Source of the DNA: Octopus vulgaris
Lineage: Eukaryota
Length of the DNA stretch: 64,000 nt
Direction: 5' to 3'
Assembly (NCBI GenBank): GCA_951406725.2
Contig: OX597816.1
Location: 58,900,001 to 58,964,000 of the forward strand
Every line of letters begins with the position of its first letter. The first letter of the stretch is position 1. Shown piece after piece: positions 1 to 13,007 of this stretch. The translations under genes were made by a program, and so were the position numbers. Below the pieces are notes generated by a model. It was not told where the DNA came from. It saw only the letters and a program-made list of their open reading frames with translations, and did no database searches.

Positions 1-54
1 CATCCGTAGTACAGCACCAAACCAATGCAAACGTCTCTCTTGCACGCCACATCC
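1..54 (-). mobile_element. RTE-clade LINE ORF2 C-terminal remnant in a TELO2 intron
   Basis: Minus strand reads GCGVQERRLHWFGAVLRM, matching the RTE 'RRLRWFGHVxRM' motif; runs off the window edge. Confidence 0.55.
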
Positions 55-309
55 AATGGTTAAAGTGATCTTGGGAGAAATTCAAGTAAACTTTTGCGGT
101 AACATCAGATTCACTTTGAAGGAATGGTTTACCTTAAGAACAAGTGGTTTCTGATAGGTTTTGGTCAAATTTGTTCAAAACCAAAAGCCATAGAGATAAA
201 AAACATAAATTTCATCTTCAAATGAAATGAGAGCAAGAGTAAAAATTTACCAAAATTAAAACTTTAGTACAAAAAAAAAAATGCAATGAGGTACATAAGG
301 AATTTTTAC

Positions 310-507
310 CTGTTTTGATCTTTCAATTTATTAGCAGTTCTTGAAGGCAATGAGATAATGGCATTAACTAATTCTTGATTGACACTGTCATTCTGTGGAA
401 ATGAACCCTTTTCTACAACACACTCAGCCCACATGACATCCAATAAACAGTGCTGAGTGACAAAGTTCTCCAATAATAATACACAACGGTTAAGTTTGTA
501 GCCGGCA
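310..507 (-). CDS. TELO2: TELO2 (Tel2, TTT complex) coding exon 2
   Basis: Acceptor ttttattttccag at 508, donor GTAAAA at 309. Phase-2 join to exon 1 gives S-AGYKLNRCVLLLENF...NAIISLPSRTANKLKDQN, resembling human TELO2 'PSFRLMKMARLLARF...KVVALPDHLGNRLQQEN' (recalled). Confidence 0.88.
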
Positions 508-757
508 CTGGAAAATAAAAGACAAACATTCATTTTTTTTGTTTTAACTACAACAATGGCCCATTTCTTTTAATCTAGTAAAATTGTGGACCACCTCAAA
601 ACAACTGCCTCTTGCCCTTTTCATTATAATTTCACACCCCCACCTGCCCCAACCCCTATTAAATTCTTGAGCCCCACTACAGCAATACTCCCTTGGAACT
701 TCCTCTCTGCTGACAGAAGAATCAGATGAAATTTACATTTGGCAGAGTGAAGGGTAC

Positions 758-892
758 ATCATCATCATCATTGTTTAATGTCCACCTTCCATGCTGGGAT
801 GGGTAGGACGGCTTGACAGGGGCCAGCCAGGCAGAACCCTGCACCAGACTTCTGTGACTGTTTTAGCAGGATTTTTACAGCTGGATGCCCTA
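758..892 (-). mobile_element. RTE-type 3' tail fragment (SINE/LINE) ending in (GAT)n
   Basis: Minus strand GGGCATCCAGCTGTAAAAA...CCCATCCCAGCATGGAAGGTGGACATTAAACAATGATGATG; similar to 14545-14830. Confidence 0.6.
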
Positions 893-1789
893 TCATCGTC
901 ATCTCATCACCCAGTGTTTTAAATCCAGATTTTGTCCCCATTAACAGGGGTGGCTAGATCTACCTCAATGCCATAGCAATTGCCCTCACACCATCTTGCC
1001 CAGTTTTGGGTGTTCTCCTTCTCGAGTCAACCCTCCCAATCTCCTTCTCCACTTTTTCCTCGGTCTACCTCACTTTCTCGATCCATTCACCTTAAACTCA
1101 AGCACCCTCCTCACAACATGCTCCTCATCCCTCCTCAACACATGCCCATACCACCACACTCCATTCACCGATTCCTCCAACCCTAGCATCCCTAGAAGCA
1201 TAAAAGAGTAAAATCTATTCCACCACTGGGCTCCATATGGCCCTTGGAGGTCCTTGTAAGATTTTGTTGTTAAAATTTATCTCCAATAAATTGGTTATAT
1301 TTTTACAATGCACAAAATATATTAATTTTTTTTAATACAATTCCTAATAAAATAGTAGTTTTAAGACATCGAAGGGATGTGAAGGTTGTACTCCCTAGGT
1401 AAAACGGGAATCGAAGGGGTCTAAGAAATGGTTGAGAGGCACTGGTTGCAAACTCGGTCTACCTCACTACCGAACAAGTGAAATGAAAGTAAAATGTAAA
1501 GCCGAAACAAAACGAAATATCTAAAGGAAATAAATTCAACCCAAACCAAAATTGGAAACCGAATGCGATGTAAACCGTAGAGTAATCAGGGCCCGTCCAG
1601 TCGAGACTATCCTGCCTTTTGTGAGTAATATCCCTGGGACTGCATTATCCAATGTGTACTTAATTTAAAAGGAAGGTGCAATGTGGTTTGTCGAAGACTT
1701 GGCTGCTATTTCTAGTCTAATGAAATAGGTAGTATAGAGGGTCACTCGTTGAGGGAAGGGGACTCTTTTACTTGGATAATTTCTTTTCA

Positions 1790-1995
1790 TCGAAGTTTCG
1801 AGCGTGTCGGACAAAATGCTTATCGGCATTTCTTCCGGCTCTTTACGTACCAAGTTCAAATTCTACCGAGGTCGACTCTGCCTTTCATCCTTTCGGAGTC
1901 GATAGAATAAGTACCAGTTGAGTATGGTAACTGATAGGCCCCCACCCCTAAAATTGCCGGCTTTGTGCCAAAATTTAAAACAATTATTATTATTA
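1790..1995 (+). mobile_element. Degraded SINE family S2 copy
   Basis: GTTCAAATTCTACCGAGGTCGACTCTGCCTTTCATCCTTTCGGAGTCGAT core shared with 59110-59360. Confidence 0.7.
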
Positions 1996-2388
1996 TTCCC
2001 TGTGGGATTTGAATTAAGTTCCGAATTCAAATTCTGCTGACGTCAATTTGGTTTTGATAAAATAAAATACCAGTCGCATATGGAGATCAATTTAAACTAT
2101 CATACCATTCCCTAAAATATTTGTTATTATGTCGATGTTAAAAATTCATACATATTATTTTAAGGACTAAATTATCTATCGTACCTCCGTTTCATACCTT
2201 CTACACCAGGACTAAATTATCAACGTAGTTGATTAGGAGAACTCAGAAACGAAGTTGCTGAGAAACGCATGAACCTCACAACACAGTATTTACCCACCCA
2301 TCTATATTTATAAATTTGATTGATCACTCGTAGCTGTTGGTAAGAAATCACTAACAATGATAATTAATAGTAATCGATATAAACTTAC

Positions 2389-2804
2389 CTGGAAGAACAA
2401 ATATGATGCATAAGACAGAGAAAGGATGCGGAATGGTTCCCACGTAAGAATACGATTTTTAAAGCAACATCCAGCTTGGTTTTGTCCAGTTTTTCCACCC
2501 ATTCAAGAGAAAGTTTCGACAGAAGAACATCAACAAAACGCGAAAAATGGTTCTGAAGGAAACAACTTCTTGCTTGAGATTTTTCGCCATAACTTGGAAA
2601 ATACTGGTTGAGTAAGGGATCACTGGAAGCCTGAGTCCTCCTGGTTAAATTACATTCGTCTCCTGCAGTAATTTTAGAAGCTGAAATAAGGGCCACAACA
2701 GTGTCCAGGGAACTCATCACTTGATATGGGTCGGTACTTGAGAGACCCACATGGAGTTCTTTCAATAAATTAAGAACTTTACCGTTTATCTCTGGCTTCG
2801 ACAT
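2389..2804 (-). CDS. TELO2: TELO2 first coding exon
   Basis: ATG at 2804, donor AG|GTAAGT at 2388. HFSRFVDVLLSKLSLEWVEKL...FLRGNHSASFLCLMHHI resembles human TELO2 '[21 protein letters not shown]...FLEGPADQAFLVLMETI' (recalled). Confidence 0.9.
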
Positions 2805-3050
2805 GGTTGGCCTTTGTCTAAGCTTATTATGGGGATCGATATATTAAAAGGATTCTATTAATTATAGATTTAAACCATAGATTTACTGTAAAGATTAATA
2901 AGAATCACAGAGGAAAGTAAAACAGCGACATCATTATTTCTCAATGTTTACAAGCCATTGAAAAGTACGGATGACGAAATGGGAAATAACTTTGTATATA
3001 TGGTAGCAGCAACATGTCATAAATTTCGTTCTTCGTAAAAGTTTTCTGCC

Positions 3051-4119
3051 TTTGAAGGCCAGATTTTCCTAGTTAACTAAACAATTTGAAACTTCGTATA
3101 CTGGTAGAATGTGTCAAAAGAAAACATAATTGTAAACAAAATTGAAAACAAAATTGTTATTCGTAACTTAAACGTAGTTTAATTTTTACGAATTTTAACC
3201 AATAAAATACCAACATCTTCGAATTTTAACCAATGAAATCCCAGCATTGCTGCGTTATCGATATTGATAAAGAAATATAGCAGACGTACCACGCACACAC
3301 ACACACACACACACACATTTGCACAAGCACATAGTAATTAATATATAAGCGTACACACACATACAAACGGACATATACAGACACACACACACATAGTAAT
3401 TAATATATAAGCGTACACACACATACAAACGGACATATACATACACACACACACACACACACAGTAATTAATATATAAGCGTACACACACATACAAACGG
3501 ACATATATATATACGCACACAAGCAAAAATACACGTTCGTGTTTTGCCACTTGCAAATTTGCACAAAAGGTGGGGTCAATGTTTCATCGTTTCGGGGTCG
3601 ATAAATTAAGTACCAATTACGCACTGGTGTCGAGGATTTTTTTCCCAATTTATATCACAGCTTCCGACAAGCTGGGGGCATCCTTTTATGAAAAGATATT
3701 TCGCAAACTTTTACAATACGATTCACACTCCACGCGCAAACTCGAGACCGATTTTGTTTTTGTTGTTTCTGGCCCTTCAAAACCATGGGAGAAGCCTTTT
3801 CGGTAAAAAAAAATAAAGAAAATATTCAAAAAATATCGTTAATACTTTTATTGGGCGACGAAATATCTCGATTTAAGAGATATAACTGTTATTTCTAGCA
3901 CATGTAGAAGACAGAAGAAGAGGTAAATAATTTGAGCTCGAATGCTGCGATTTCATTGGTTAAAATTCTTAAAATTAAACTACGTTTAAGTTACGAATAA
4001 CAATTTTGTTTTCAATTTTGTTTACAATAATGTTTTCTTTTGACACATTCTACCAGTATACGAAGTTTCAAATTGTTTAGTTAACTAGGAAAATCTGGCC
4101 TTCAAAAAGAAAAGATCCC
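3051..4119. mobile_element. Non-autonomous DNA transposon with ~200-bp terminal inverted repeats
   Basis: 3051-~3250 is the reverse complement of ~3941-4106. The same end (...TCTGGCCTTCAAA...AAAAGATCCC) recurs at 19611-19776. Contains three ~60-bp tandem units at ~3330-3510. Confidence 0.8.
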
Positions 4120-4340
4120 AGTTATACATACACATACCTAGTCATGGATGGCTACCCACACTAACACACACGTACACATACACATGCAAGTAGTCACACG
4201 AGTGTACACACAACCACACACATACGCACGCACGCACACACACACACACACATACACACTCGCACGCACGCACGCACATAATCTCCTTTCCTCTCACCCT
4301 TATTCTTCTAAGCAAACACACATCTACACACACATAGAAA

Positions 4341-4642
4341 GGTATCTTATAGTCGTGATTCATATCGAGCCCTTCTGGGTATTAGCGCACGTCTACGATG
4401 AGTCTACGATTAAAAAAAAATTTACCATCATTTTCTCCGCATTTTTAATGCATTTTCGCTCGGTTTATATAGGGGAAGTAACTCTCTAAAAATGTATTAT
4501 TAAATCTCAGAATGTAAAAAGCTACAGTAACACACACCCCCTTTGTGGTTAGCCATATTGAGATGACTATTATACTTTACATCTCTAAAAATGCTTATAT
4601 AGTTATTTCCCTTACAAACCCGAGCAACGCCGGGCAACACTG

Positions 4643-4645
<3 letters not shown>
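4341..4645 (-). mobile_element. Helitron-like non-autonomous element (partial)
   Basis: 5' end TAGCAGTGTTGCCCGGCGTTGCTCGGG hairpin; body matches 34841-35237. Confidence 0.65.
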
Positions 4646-4687
<42 letters not shown>

Positions 4688-4688
<1 letters not shown>

Positions 4689-4820
4689 TCTTTTATTCTT
4701 TTATTTGTTACAGTCATTTGACTTTGGCTATGCTGGAGCACTGCCTTTAGTCGAGCAAATCGACTCTAGGGATTATTCTTTGTAAGCCTAGTACTTATTC
4801 TATCGGTCTGTTTTTGCCAC
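4688..4820 (-). mobile_element. SINE family S1 3' part
   Basis: Matches the GACTAAAGGCGGTGCTCCAGCATGGCCGCAGTCAAATGACTG tail of 41350-41542. Confidence 0.75.
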
Positions 4821-5099
4821 ACACACACACACACACATACATATATACACATACGCACACTCACTCACACACGTATACACACACATCTTGTTGCTTCTTG
4901 GGAGGGTCATTATGCCAATAACGATATGGTTACACATCTGACCAACTTCGTAATCGATCGTTTGTTTAACGTGCTGGTTAAACAATCAAAGTTTTGTTTC
5001 TTCGTGAAAGTCCGTTCGTCGCTATTTTTCGCGACCTTTTCAATAGCTTGTCCTTTCTCTTCAACGTCTGCCCTGAATTTGGCCGCGAATTAATCTTAT

Positions 5100-5417
5100 G
5101 TCTGCGTGCATGCATGCCTTTCTATGTGTGAGTAGGTATGTATATGTGTATGTATGTAGGTACATATGTGTAAATAGGTATACATGTGTATGTTTATATG
5201 TATGTATCCGTCTGTATGATGGGTAATTGCACGTATATATATTTATTATTTATTATTTGAGCATGCATGTATGTATATATGTATATGTTTGTATGCATGT
5301 ATGTATCTATGTATATATAGATGCGCGTGTGTGTATGCGCATGTGTATTGGTGTATATATGTGTATATATGTGTATTTGTGTGCGTTCGTGTGTATATAT
5401 ATATATATATATGTATG

Positions 5418-5504
<87 letters not shown>

Positions 5505-5598
5505 TGTATATGCCTGTATACCTCTGTGTGGATGTATGTATGTATATGGGTGTGCGTACGGATGTATATGTATGTGTATATAGATGTATGTGTGTATG

Positions 5599-5669
<71 letters not shown>

Positions 5670-5971
5670 GTGTGTATATATGTGTGTGTGTATATATGTG
5701 TGTATATATGTATGGGTATATATGTGTATATGTATGTATGTATGTGTATGTGTGTATATGTATGGACTTGTTGGGTTTCTTTTTTATATATGTAGATAGA
5801 TGTGTGTGCGTGTATGTGCGTAGATATGCGTATGTGTATTAGTATGTGCATGTGTATATATATGTGTATGTATATGCATAGATATATGGATGTATGTGTA
5901 TGTAGGTATGTATATGACTGGTGTAGGTATATATGTGTATGTATATGTAGGTATATGCGTGCGTGTATGTG

Positions 5972-6002
<31 letters not shown>

Positions 6003-6738
6003 GTATATATATGTATATGTATATATATGTATATATATATTTGTGTATATATATGGACTAGTCTTCTGTGTGTGTGTGCAGATGTATGTATGTGTATGCG
6101 TGTAGATATGAATTTGTAGGTACGTGTACGTATGCGTATATATGTGCATGTATGTATATGTATGTGTGTAGGTAGATATTTGTAGGTATGCTTTTATGTA
6201 CACGTGTATGCGTGCATGGGTGCTAATATGTACTTAAAGGCGTATGGATGTGTATATATGCGTATGTATGTTTATATGCACAAATGTCTGTATATAGGTA
6301 TATGCGTCTATATATGTGGGCAGATGTTCATGTGTGTTTATGTGTACTGAAGTACATTTATATATGTGGTTTTGTGTGTACATAGTTATGTGTACATAGT
6401 TATGTGAAAGTCGGTACACTTATGAATATAACACGTGCGTCTGTGTATGTGTATGAGTGTGCGTGTGTGTGTGTGTGTGCGTGTGTGCGTGTGTGAGTGT
6501 TTGTGTTCGTATCAGTGGGAAGAAAGATAGAAAGGAAGGGAGAGGGGCAATAAATGGTTTTTTAGGCCAGCTAAGCAAGCTCCCTTGGGAGGACCCTGGC
6601 TTGGTTGGTCGAGGTCAAATAAAAATAAAAATAAAAATAAAAATGAATATAAAAATAAAATTAAAATAAGGGAAAAAATGTGTGTGTATGTGTGTGCATG
6701 TATATGCATATGTATGTGTATGTATGTATGTATGTGTA

Positions 6739-6801
<63 letters not shown>

Positions 6802-6812
6802 ATGAATGTGTG

Positions 6813-6850
<38 letters not shown>

Positions 6851-7070
6851 TATGTGAGCGTGTAGGTATGGGGGTGTATATCCTCTTTTATATTTATTTA
6901 TTTTTATATTTATATATGTGTGTAGATATGTGTGTATGTATGGGTATGGGTGTGTACGTAGATGTATGTAAATGGGTGCATATGCACATGTGTATATGGA
7001 TGTATGTGTGTATGTGTATGTATATATGTATATATATATATATATATATATGTGTGTATATATATGTATA
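5100..7070. repeat. Compound (TA)n/(TG)n/(TATG)n microsatellite field
   Basis: Directly visible. Similar fields occur at ~25150-25950, 32650-33690, 51130-52000, 52790-55340 and elsewhere. Confidence 0.95.
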
Positions 7071-7325
7071 AGTGAGAGTCTCCTTATTTACCTAAACTCT
7101 ATTATTCTATTTATTCTTTTATCTACTTTATCACTGATTCCTTTGACCACTCCCCTAAGAATGATAGTTTGCGCCATGCCTACCCCAAAAAGTCCCCCAC
7201 CACCTGCCTAAGTGCCTAAGTGTATAAATGCCTAAGTGTATAAACCTGCCTAAGTGTATAAACCTAAGTGCCTAAGTGTATAAACCTGCCTAAGTGTATA
7301 AATGCCAAAACTATTCTTGTCACCT

Positions 7326-7376
7326 AGCTTCCTGATGATTTCTTTTGAATGAAACAGTTCTAGTCCTGTAGAAGCT
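7326..7376 (+). ncRNA. Type I hammerhead ribozyme fold in a repeat remnant (~7070-7395)
   Basis: Stem I AGCTTC/GAAGCT; CTGATGA 7332-7338; stem II TTC-TTTT-GAA (closing pair T.T mismatched); GAAAC; stem III ACAG/CTGT; GTA cleavage triplet. Confidence 0.75.
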
Positions 7377-7387
7377 CCTTCTATAAA

Positions 7388-7472
<85 letters not shown>

Positions 7473-7556
7473 TATAATTTGAGGGAATATTATTCATAAC
7501 TTACAGGGAAAATTTCAATTTAGAAATACTAAATCAAATTTCACAAAATATAACAT

Positions 7557-7743
7557 ATATATAAAATTAGAAAAAAACACCTTTTATCAATTCAAAATGA
7601 ACAATTAAATTACACCATCTAGAAAATTACATATAATAGAAATATTAAATATAAAATAACAATAATATACCGATGATTAAGTAATGTGCAAAATAATAAA
7701 TAAATCGTATATATCATGAATTGATAAAAGGTGTTTTTTTTTC

Positions 7744-7755
<12 letters not shown>
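7557..7755. repeat. ~37-bp inverted repeat between (TA)n tracts
   Basis: TATATAAAATTAGAAAAAAACACCTTTTATCAATTCA and its reverse complement at ~7717-7755. Confidence 0.7.
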
Positions 7756-7825
<70 letters not shown>

Positions 7826-8619
7826 GTCAAACTAATGCACCTGCTTGTTATTCCTGCACCTGTCTTCGTCTTTTGTTGTTTTCTCTAAATATATCCTTTT
7901 ATATATCTGTGCTGCATGATTCTTGATGTTAAACCGTGCGTTGAAACAGCTATTGTTGTATTTCGAGATAGTTATTTTTTTCCCTCTTTTTGCCAAATAA
8001 ACAGGCGCACTATATAATTCCCTTTTCACTCATTTATTACTGTTCTTATTCTAATTTATGTTTATCGTCCGGAAATCTTTCGTCACACCTCTGTGAACTC
8101 TTCGGCGACACTTTCCGTCTTCGTGTGTACTCTTGCTCCGCTTTTATACATATACACACACACGCGAGTAAATATACGGGTAAAACCCTTGTGGTATGCT
8201 ATATAAAGCTCGTATAAAGTCTTACTCAAAGAAGGTGCATTTCACACCTTGAATTGGTGATAATGATTACACAACATCTCACAAATGAACAAGTGTAAAA
8301 ATGTGTCGAAACAATTGTAATGTTTATAGATAATGTCATATATATATATATATGTATGCATGCATGAACAGCGAAAGAAACAATATTATCGATAATGCCC
8401 GAAATTGCGTTTGACTCCTCTTGCTGATAACTGATGAAGAATTTGTGACCTTGTGTGTTTTCTGTTCGCCTGTGCATTTAGTATGTGTTCGTTTGTTTAT
8501 TTACTATACGTTTATTTTTAATTATATATATACAGATATGTCATATTTTCCGTTTGTTGTCTTTTTATTTAATCCTGAAGATATTATTTATGTAACGCAC
8601 ACACTCATTAATCTTTTAC

Positions 8620-8664
<45 letters not shown>

Positions 8665-8887
8665 CGTGTGTGTGTGTGAGTGTGTGTGTATGCGTGTGTG
8701 TGTGTGTGTGTGTGTGTAGTTCAAATTTACAGAAAACAAACGACGAAGACAGGTGAAAGAACAACAAGCAGGGTTTGAAGGTTTTTTAGTTATAGAAATC
8801 GACCCCAGGACTTACTCTTTGGAACCCTAGCACTTATTCTATCGGTTTCTTTTTCCAAAACGCTAAGCTACGGTGACGTGTATATAT

Positions 8888-8932
<45 letters not shown>

Positions 8933-9404
8933 CGTAGGAATGACTGTGTGACAAGAAGTTTGCTGCCTTGTCACAAGGTCAAATAGATTTGGAAGATGGA
9001 AACTGAAAAAAGCCCGTCGTATATACGTGTTTGTGGGCCGGAGGGGCTAGCTTCGTGCCTGTCCCAGACAACCGCTTGTTGACTTCCTTTCCATCCCCGC
9101 AACTTAGAAGTTCGACGAAATTGACCGATAGAATATGTGTCGAATGACTGAGACAAGTAAATGTTTTTTTTAGATATATCGTAGTAATATCTAATGTAGT
9201 TGTGGTTTACGACCAGTCAGGACGTTACCATTGGTTTCACACTTTTTATACTCTTAGCAATATAGACGTCTCCCACTGATAAGAACGTAATAGGTGCGAA
9301 AGCAATGGTGACTCCCTGACAGGCCATACCAGCCACATAGTTTCGGGTTCATTCACACTGCGTGGCACCTTAGAACCTAGGGCTGGATTCAAAATTCTAC
9401 CAGG

Positions 9405-9537
9405 ACACCTGATGAAGGCTGGAGAGTAAATCAGCCGAAATTTTGTGGTAGCAACAAACAAGATGAGGACAAATATCCGTCCAATGTAAAAAAATGTAAA
9501 TATTGTACAGAATTCCTCATCTCTAAAATATAGAACA
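9405..9537 (+). mobile_element. Penelope-like LTR fragment with degenerate minimal hammerhead; second copy at 10543-10650
   Basis: ACAC-CTGATGA-A-GGCTG...CAGCC-GAAA. The copy at 10543 keeps CAGCCGAAACGTTGTGTT and the same downstream sequence. Confidence 0.55.
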
Positions 9538-11006
9538 ATTTATGATTGTTTCAAAAATTCCATGTTGACTTAATCTTGCATCGTGTTTTTAAACGACTCC
9601 ACAATTAATGATGTAGTCATATCCGTTGTACAGATACCCCGTTCATAGAAATGATCCCTCGCAACTCTCTACAAAAAATAATATGCTGAAGTGTTTGTCT
9701 ACCGGTTAAATATAGGACATTAATCAATGTTTATAGTGGACGGCACAGCGGTCACGTTTATAAACATGATTGAAGATAAGTCAAAATGAATTTGTAGAAA
9801 TAATTGTAAACTATGAAACAAAAATAATAACGCAAACTCCACTCTTCAGTGCTTATTATTTTATACTCAACAATAATTTGTGGGTTACCAGCTTATTGGG
9901 GGTCTTTTCCCCCATTTAGTCATTGTCCGTAGAAGTACTTCTTCCCTAGGCAAGCGCCTGGATTATTTTATCCCAAGTCTCCTGTAATATACCTCCCTGC
10001 GCGCGCGAGCGAGTGTGGGTGTGTTCAACTGACACATTCGTTAACTTGGGTTATTTATTTCGCTTCTTTGCTTTGTGAGTTCAAATAACGCCTAAGTTAA
10101 CTTCATCTTCATATTCTCAAAATAACAATACAGAGAAGATTCGTGGAATCTAGTAGTATCTAGCAGTATCTATTTCGGATACCTATATTCTGAGTTCAAA
10201 TCCCACCTACTATCAGCGGAAAAATAAAAGGGTCCTTCTTAGAAGAAAATCCGTTGGTAAAGGTAAAGCTCCAAATACTGAGATTCTCAATTGCATTGTG
10301 TTGACCTCATCTACTCCCTCCTATATAGATTCCAGCTGCACTGGTCTGAGGTCACATTGCCAAAAGAACGGATAAATAACCTATGGGACGGGTTGGTTTT
10401 TTTTACAATGAGTTAGTAAGGATAGAAACCAGGGCCGAATTTAGGTGAGAAGAAGCCCTGGTTTATTTCACTTATGAGGTCGCTTCGAATCTCCCACCTT
10501 TACGACTAGAATTATACATATAACTTGTGGGTATATATCTTGGGGGTATATCAGCCGAAACGTTGTGTTAAGAATAAACAAGATGAGGATAAATATCCGT
10601 CAAATGTAAATAATGTACATAATTCCTCATTTCTTCAATATAGAACTGTAATACATATGTAATTATGAAATCTTTGGATAGCTCCTCTCTGAATACCTCA
10701 TTTGTGGATATTTCATCTCTAATTATCTCGTCTATGGATATCCCATATGTGGATATTTCACATGGGGGTATCTCTCTTGCTAATATCTCTTTGCTGTACG
10801 ATATCTACAGTAAAGAGATACGTTCATTTATTAATGTTATATAGACATCTATGAGATATCTCACACGCATTTGTTTTTGTAGCGGAAATGAATCGTAATG
10901 ATGATACGAGTACGAATATAGATAGCGTGAAACTTGGAGTTACTAATTTTAAAAAATGTGTATGCGTGCGCACTCGAGTGCGTGCAAACGAAAGCATATA
11001 TGTATG

Positions 11007-11040
<34 letters not shown>

Positions 11041-11148
11041 TGTATGTATGTATGTATGTATGTATGGATGGATGGATGGATGGATGAGTGTGTGTGTGTG
11101 TGTGTGTGAGTGTGTATGTGAGTGTGTGGCTAGCTAGACAGACAGACA

Positions 11149-11248
11149 NNNNNNNNNNNNNNNNNNNNNNNNNNNNNNNNNNNNNNNNNNNNNNNNNNNN
11201 NNNNNNNNNNNNNNNNNNNNNNNNNNNNNNNNNNNNNNNNNNNNNNNN
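11149..11248. other. Assembly gap (100 N)
   Basis: N run inside a GACA/GATA microsatellite. Confidence 0.99.
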
Positions 11249-11273
11249 TAGACAGACAGACAGACAGATAGAT

Positions 11274-11325
<52 letters not shown>

Positions 11326-11327
<2 letters not shown>

Positions 11328-11445
11328 TTCTTTATTAGCCACACAGGGCGGAACACAGAAGGGGACAAAATACAATGTAGAGCTTTTCTTTTCGGGGGAA
11401 AAAAGAGAAAAATAAAATTCTGATCAAAAGGGAGCGTAAGACAAA
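11326..11445 (-). mobile_element. 3' end of an L1/Tx1-like retroelement inserted in a GA/GACA microsatellite
   Basis: Minus strand GTCCCCTTCTGTGTTCCGCCCTGTGTGGCTAATAAAG; same tail motif as the elements at 40321, ~41117 and 43198. Confidence 0.55.
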
Positions 11446-11556
11446 AAAAAAAAGACAGACAGATAGACAGACGGCCGGACAGATAGATAGACAGACAGGC
11501 AGAGAGACAGACAGACAGGTAGACAGATAGATAGATAGGCAGACAGACAGACAGAC

Positions 11557-11639
<83 letters not shown>

Positions 11640-11799
11640 AGGTCGATGCAGGGAGGATCACCACCGTAAATATAAGCCACACACAAATATTCGCAACAAC
11701 CGCACACATAAAGAGAAGAGAGAAGGGAAAAGAAATAACTCCTGGGCGACGTAAATTCAATAACAACAATTACAATAATAATAGCAATAACAGCTAAAA

Positions 11800-11905
11800 T
11801 ATGGACGTCAGCAGCACATTTCATAAAGTATGCACGTCAGCGGCACATATCATAAAGTATGGGTGTCAGCGGCACATATCATAAAGTATGGACGTCAGAA
11901 GCACA
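11800..11905. repeat. 29-bp tandem repeat, about 3.6 copies
   Basis: TATGGACGTCAGCGGCACATATCATAAAG units starting at 11800, 11829, 11858 and 11887. Confidence 0.85.
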
Positions 11906-12270
11906 GCGGCCGGGATCTCTTTAATATCGATCCTTTCTCAGCCAGACATAATCTGCACTTTCTGCTGCTATTGAAGTACGCTTTACATTTCTCTAGAATC
12001 CTCCACTTTATGTTATTCTTGGTGACGCTGTCTTTCAACGACCATACGTGCTTGGCCAGGGTTCTGGCATTACATCTCTCCTAGATGCTGAAGGACTTGT
12101 GGTTGTTATAGCAGGGTCTGAAGGGGCCTTCAGTTGCTCCAATGTACTTTCGCACGTTTGGTTGTCTATTTAATCCTATTGCTATTACCTTTACCTCGTA
12201 TACGACGTCCTTCGTATTACAGTGGCCGTTCAGTGGCGATGTTGGGTTACCCTTACTTGAGCATTTTGCC
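11905..12270 (-). pseudogene. Penelope-like element (Neptune-type) GIY-YIG endonuclease remnant
   Basis: PLNGHC..DVVY...KYIGATEGPF..YNNHKSF* then TLAKHVWSLK...IKWRILEK..Y..SSRKCRLCLAEK. Confidence 0.8.
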
Positions 12271-12630
12271 TCTGTCTCAGGTGTGACCCTAACTACTAAA
12301 ATCAAATTTTTACATTAAACGTGCACAGCTAAAGAAAACATTCACGATGCGCTTATTTTTAATCCTTGAAAATTTTCTAGTTCCCACCAAGTATCGGCGG
12401 GTGCATAACCCTCCCGTAAGACCATTGCATATGCGTGGGTGTCTATTGTTTGTCTTTACATATACAATGATAAATTACTTAAGTTCTTTAAATAGGTCAG
12501 TAAAGTCTTGCAAGTTTGTAAGCGTACGCAATCCATGATAATGAGGCATGCTCGTTATATTTGACAGAAAAGTGTATTATATTACACGTGGTCAAGACCT
12601 CTATTTTGTGTGTAGTGTATATCCTTGACC

Positions 12631-13007
12631 GGAGGCGCAATGGCCCAGTGGTTAGGGCAGCGGACTCGCGGTCGTAGGATCGCGGTTTCGATTCCCAGAC
12701 CGGGCATTGTGAGTGTTTATTGAGCGAAAACACCTAAAGCTTCACAAGGCTCCTGCAGGGGGGGGTGAACCCTGCTGTACTCTTTCACCACAACTTTCTC
12801 TCACTCTTTCTTCCTGTTTCTGTTGTACCTGTATTTCAAAGGGCCAGCCTTTTCACACTCTACGTCACGCTGAATCTCCTCGAGAACTACGTTAAGGGTA
12901 CACGTGTCTGTGGAATGCTCAGCCACTTGCACGTTAATTCCACGAGCAAGCTGTTCCGTTGATCGTATCAGCTGGGACCCTCATCGTCCTAACCGACGGA
13001 GTGCTCC
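12631..13007 (+). mobile_element. Full-length tRNA-derived SINE, family S3
   Basis: A box TGGCCCAGTGG, B box GGTTTCGATTCC; 13-bp TSD TATATCCTTGACC at 12618-12630 and 13010-13022. Confidence 0.9.

Noticed and set aside
1-309. TELO2 exon 3
   Set aside because: No frame resembling the expected continuation; the gene continues beyond the window start
5227-7071. Many long ORFs rich in YI/CV/HT/MYVC/LSIY, here and throughout the window
   Set aside because: Translations of stop-free microsatellites
11800-11905. 29-bp repeats resembling a CRISPR array
   Set aside because: Head-to-tail with no unique spacers, no cas genes, eukaryotic context
12631-12705. tRNA gene calls for SINE heads (also 29905, 38267, 42800)
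   Set aside because: No complete acceptor stem; each continues into a multicopy SINE body, one with a clear TSD
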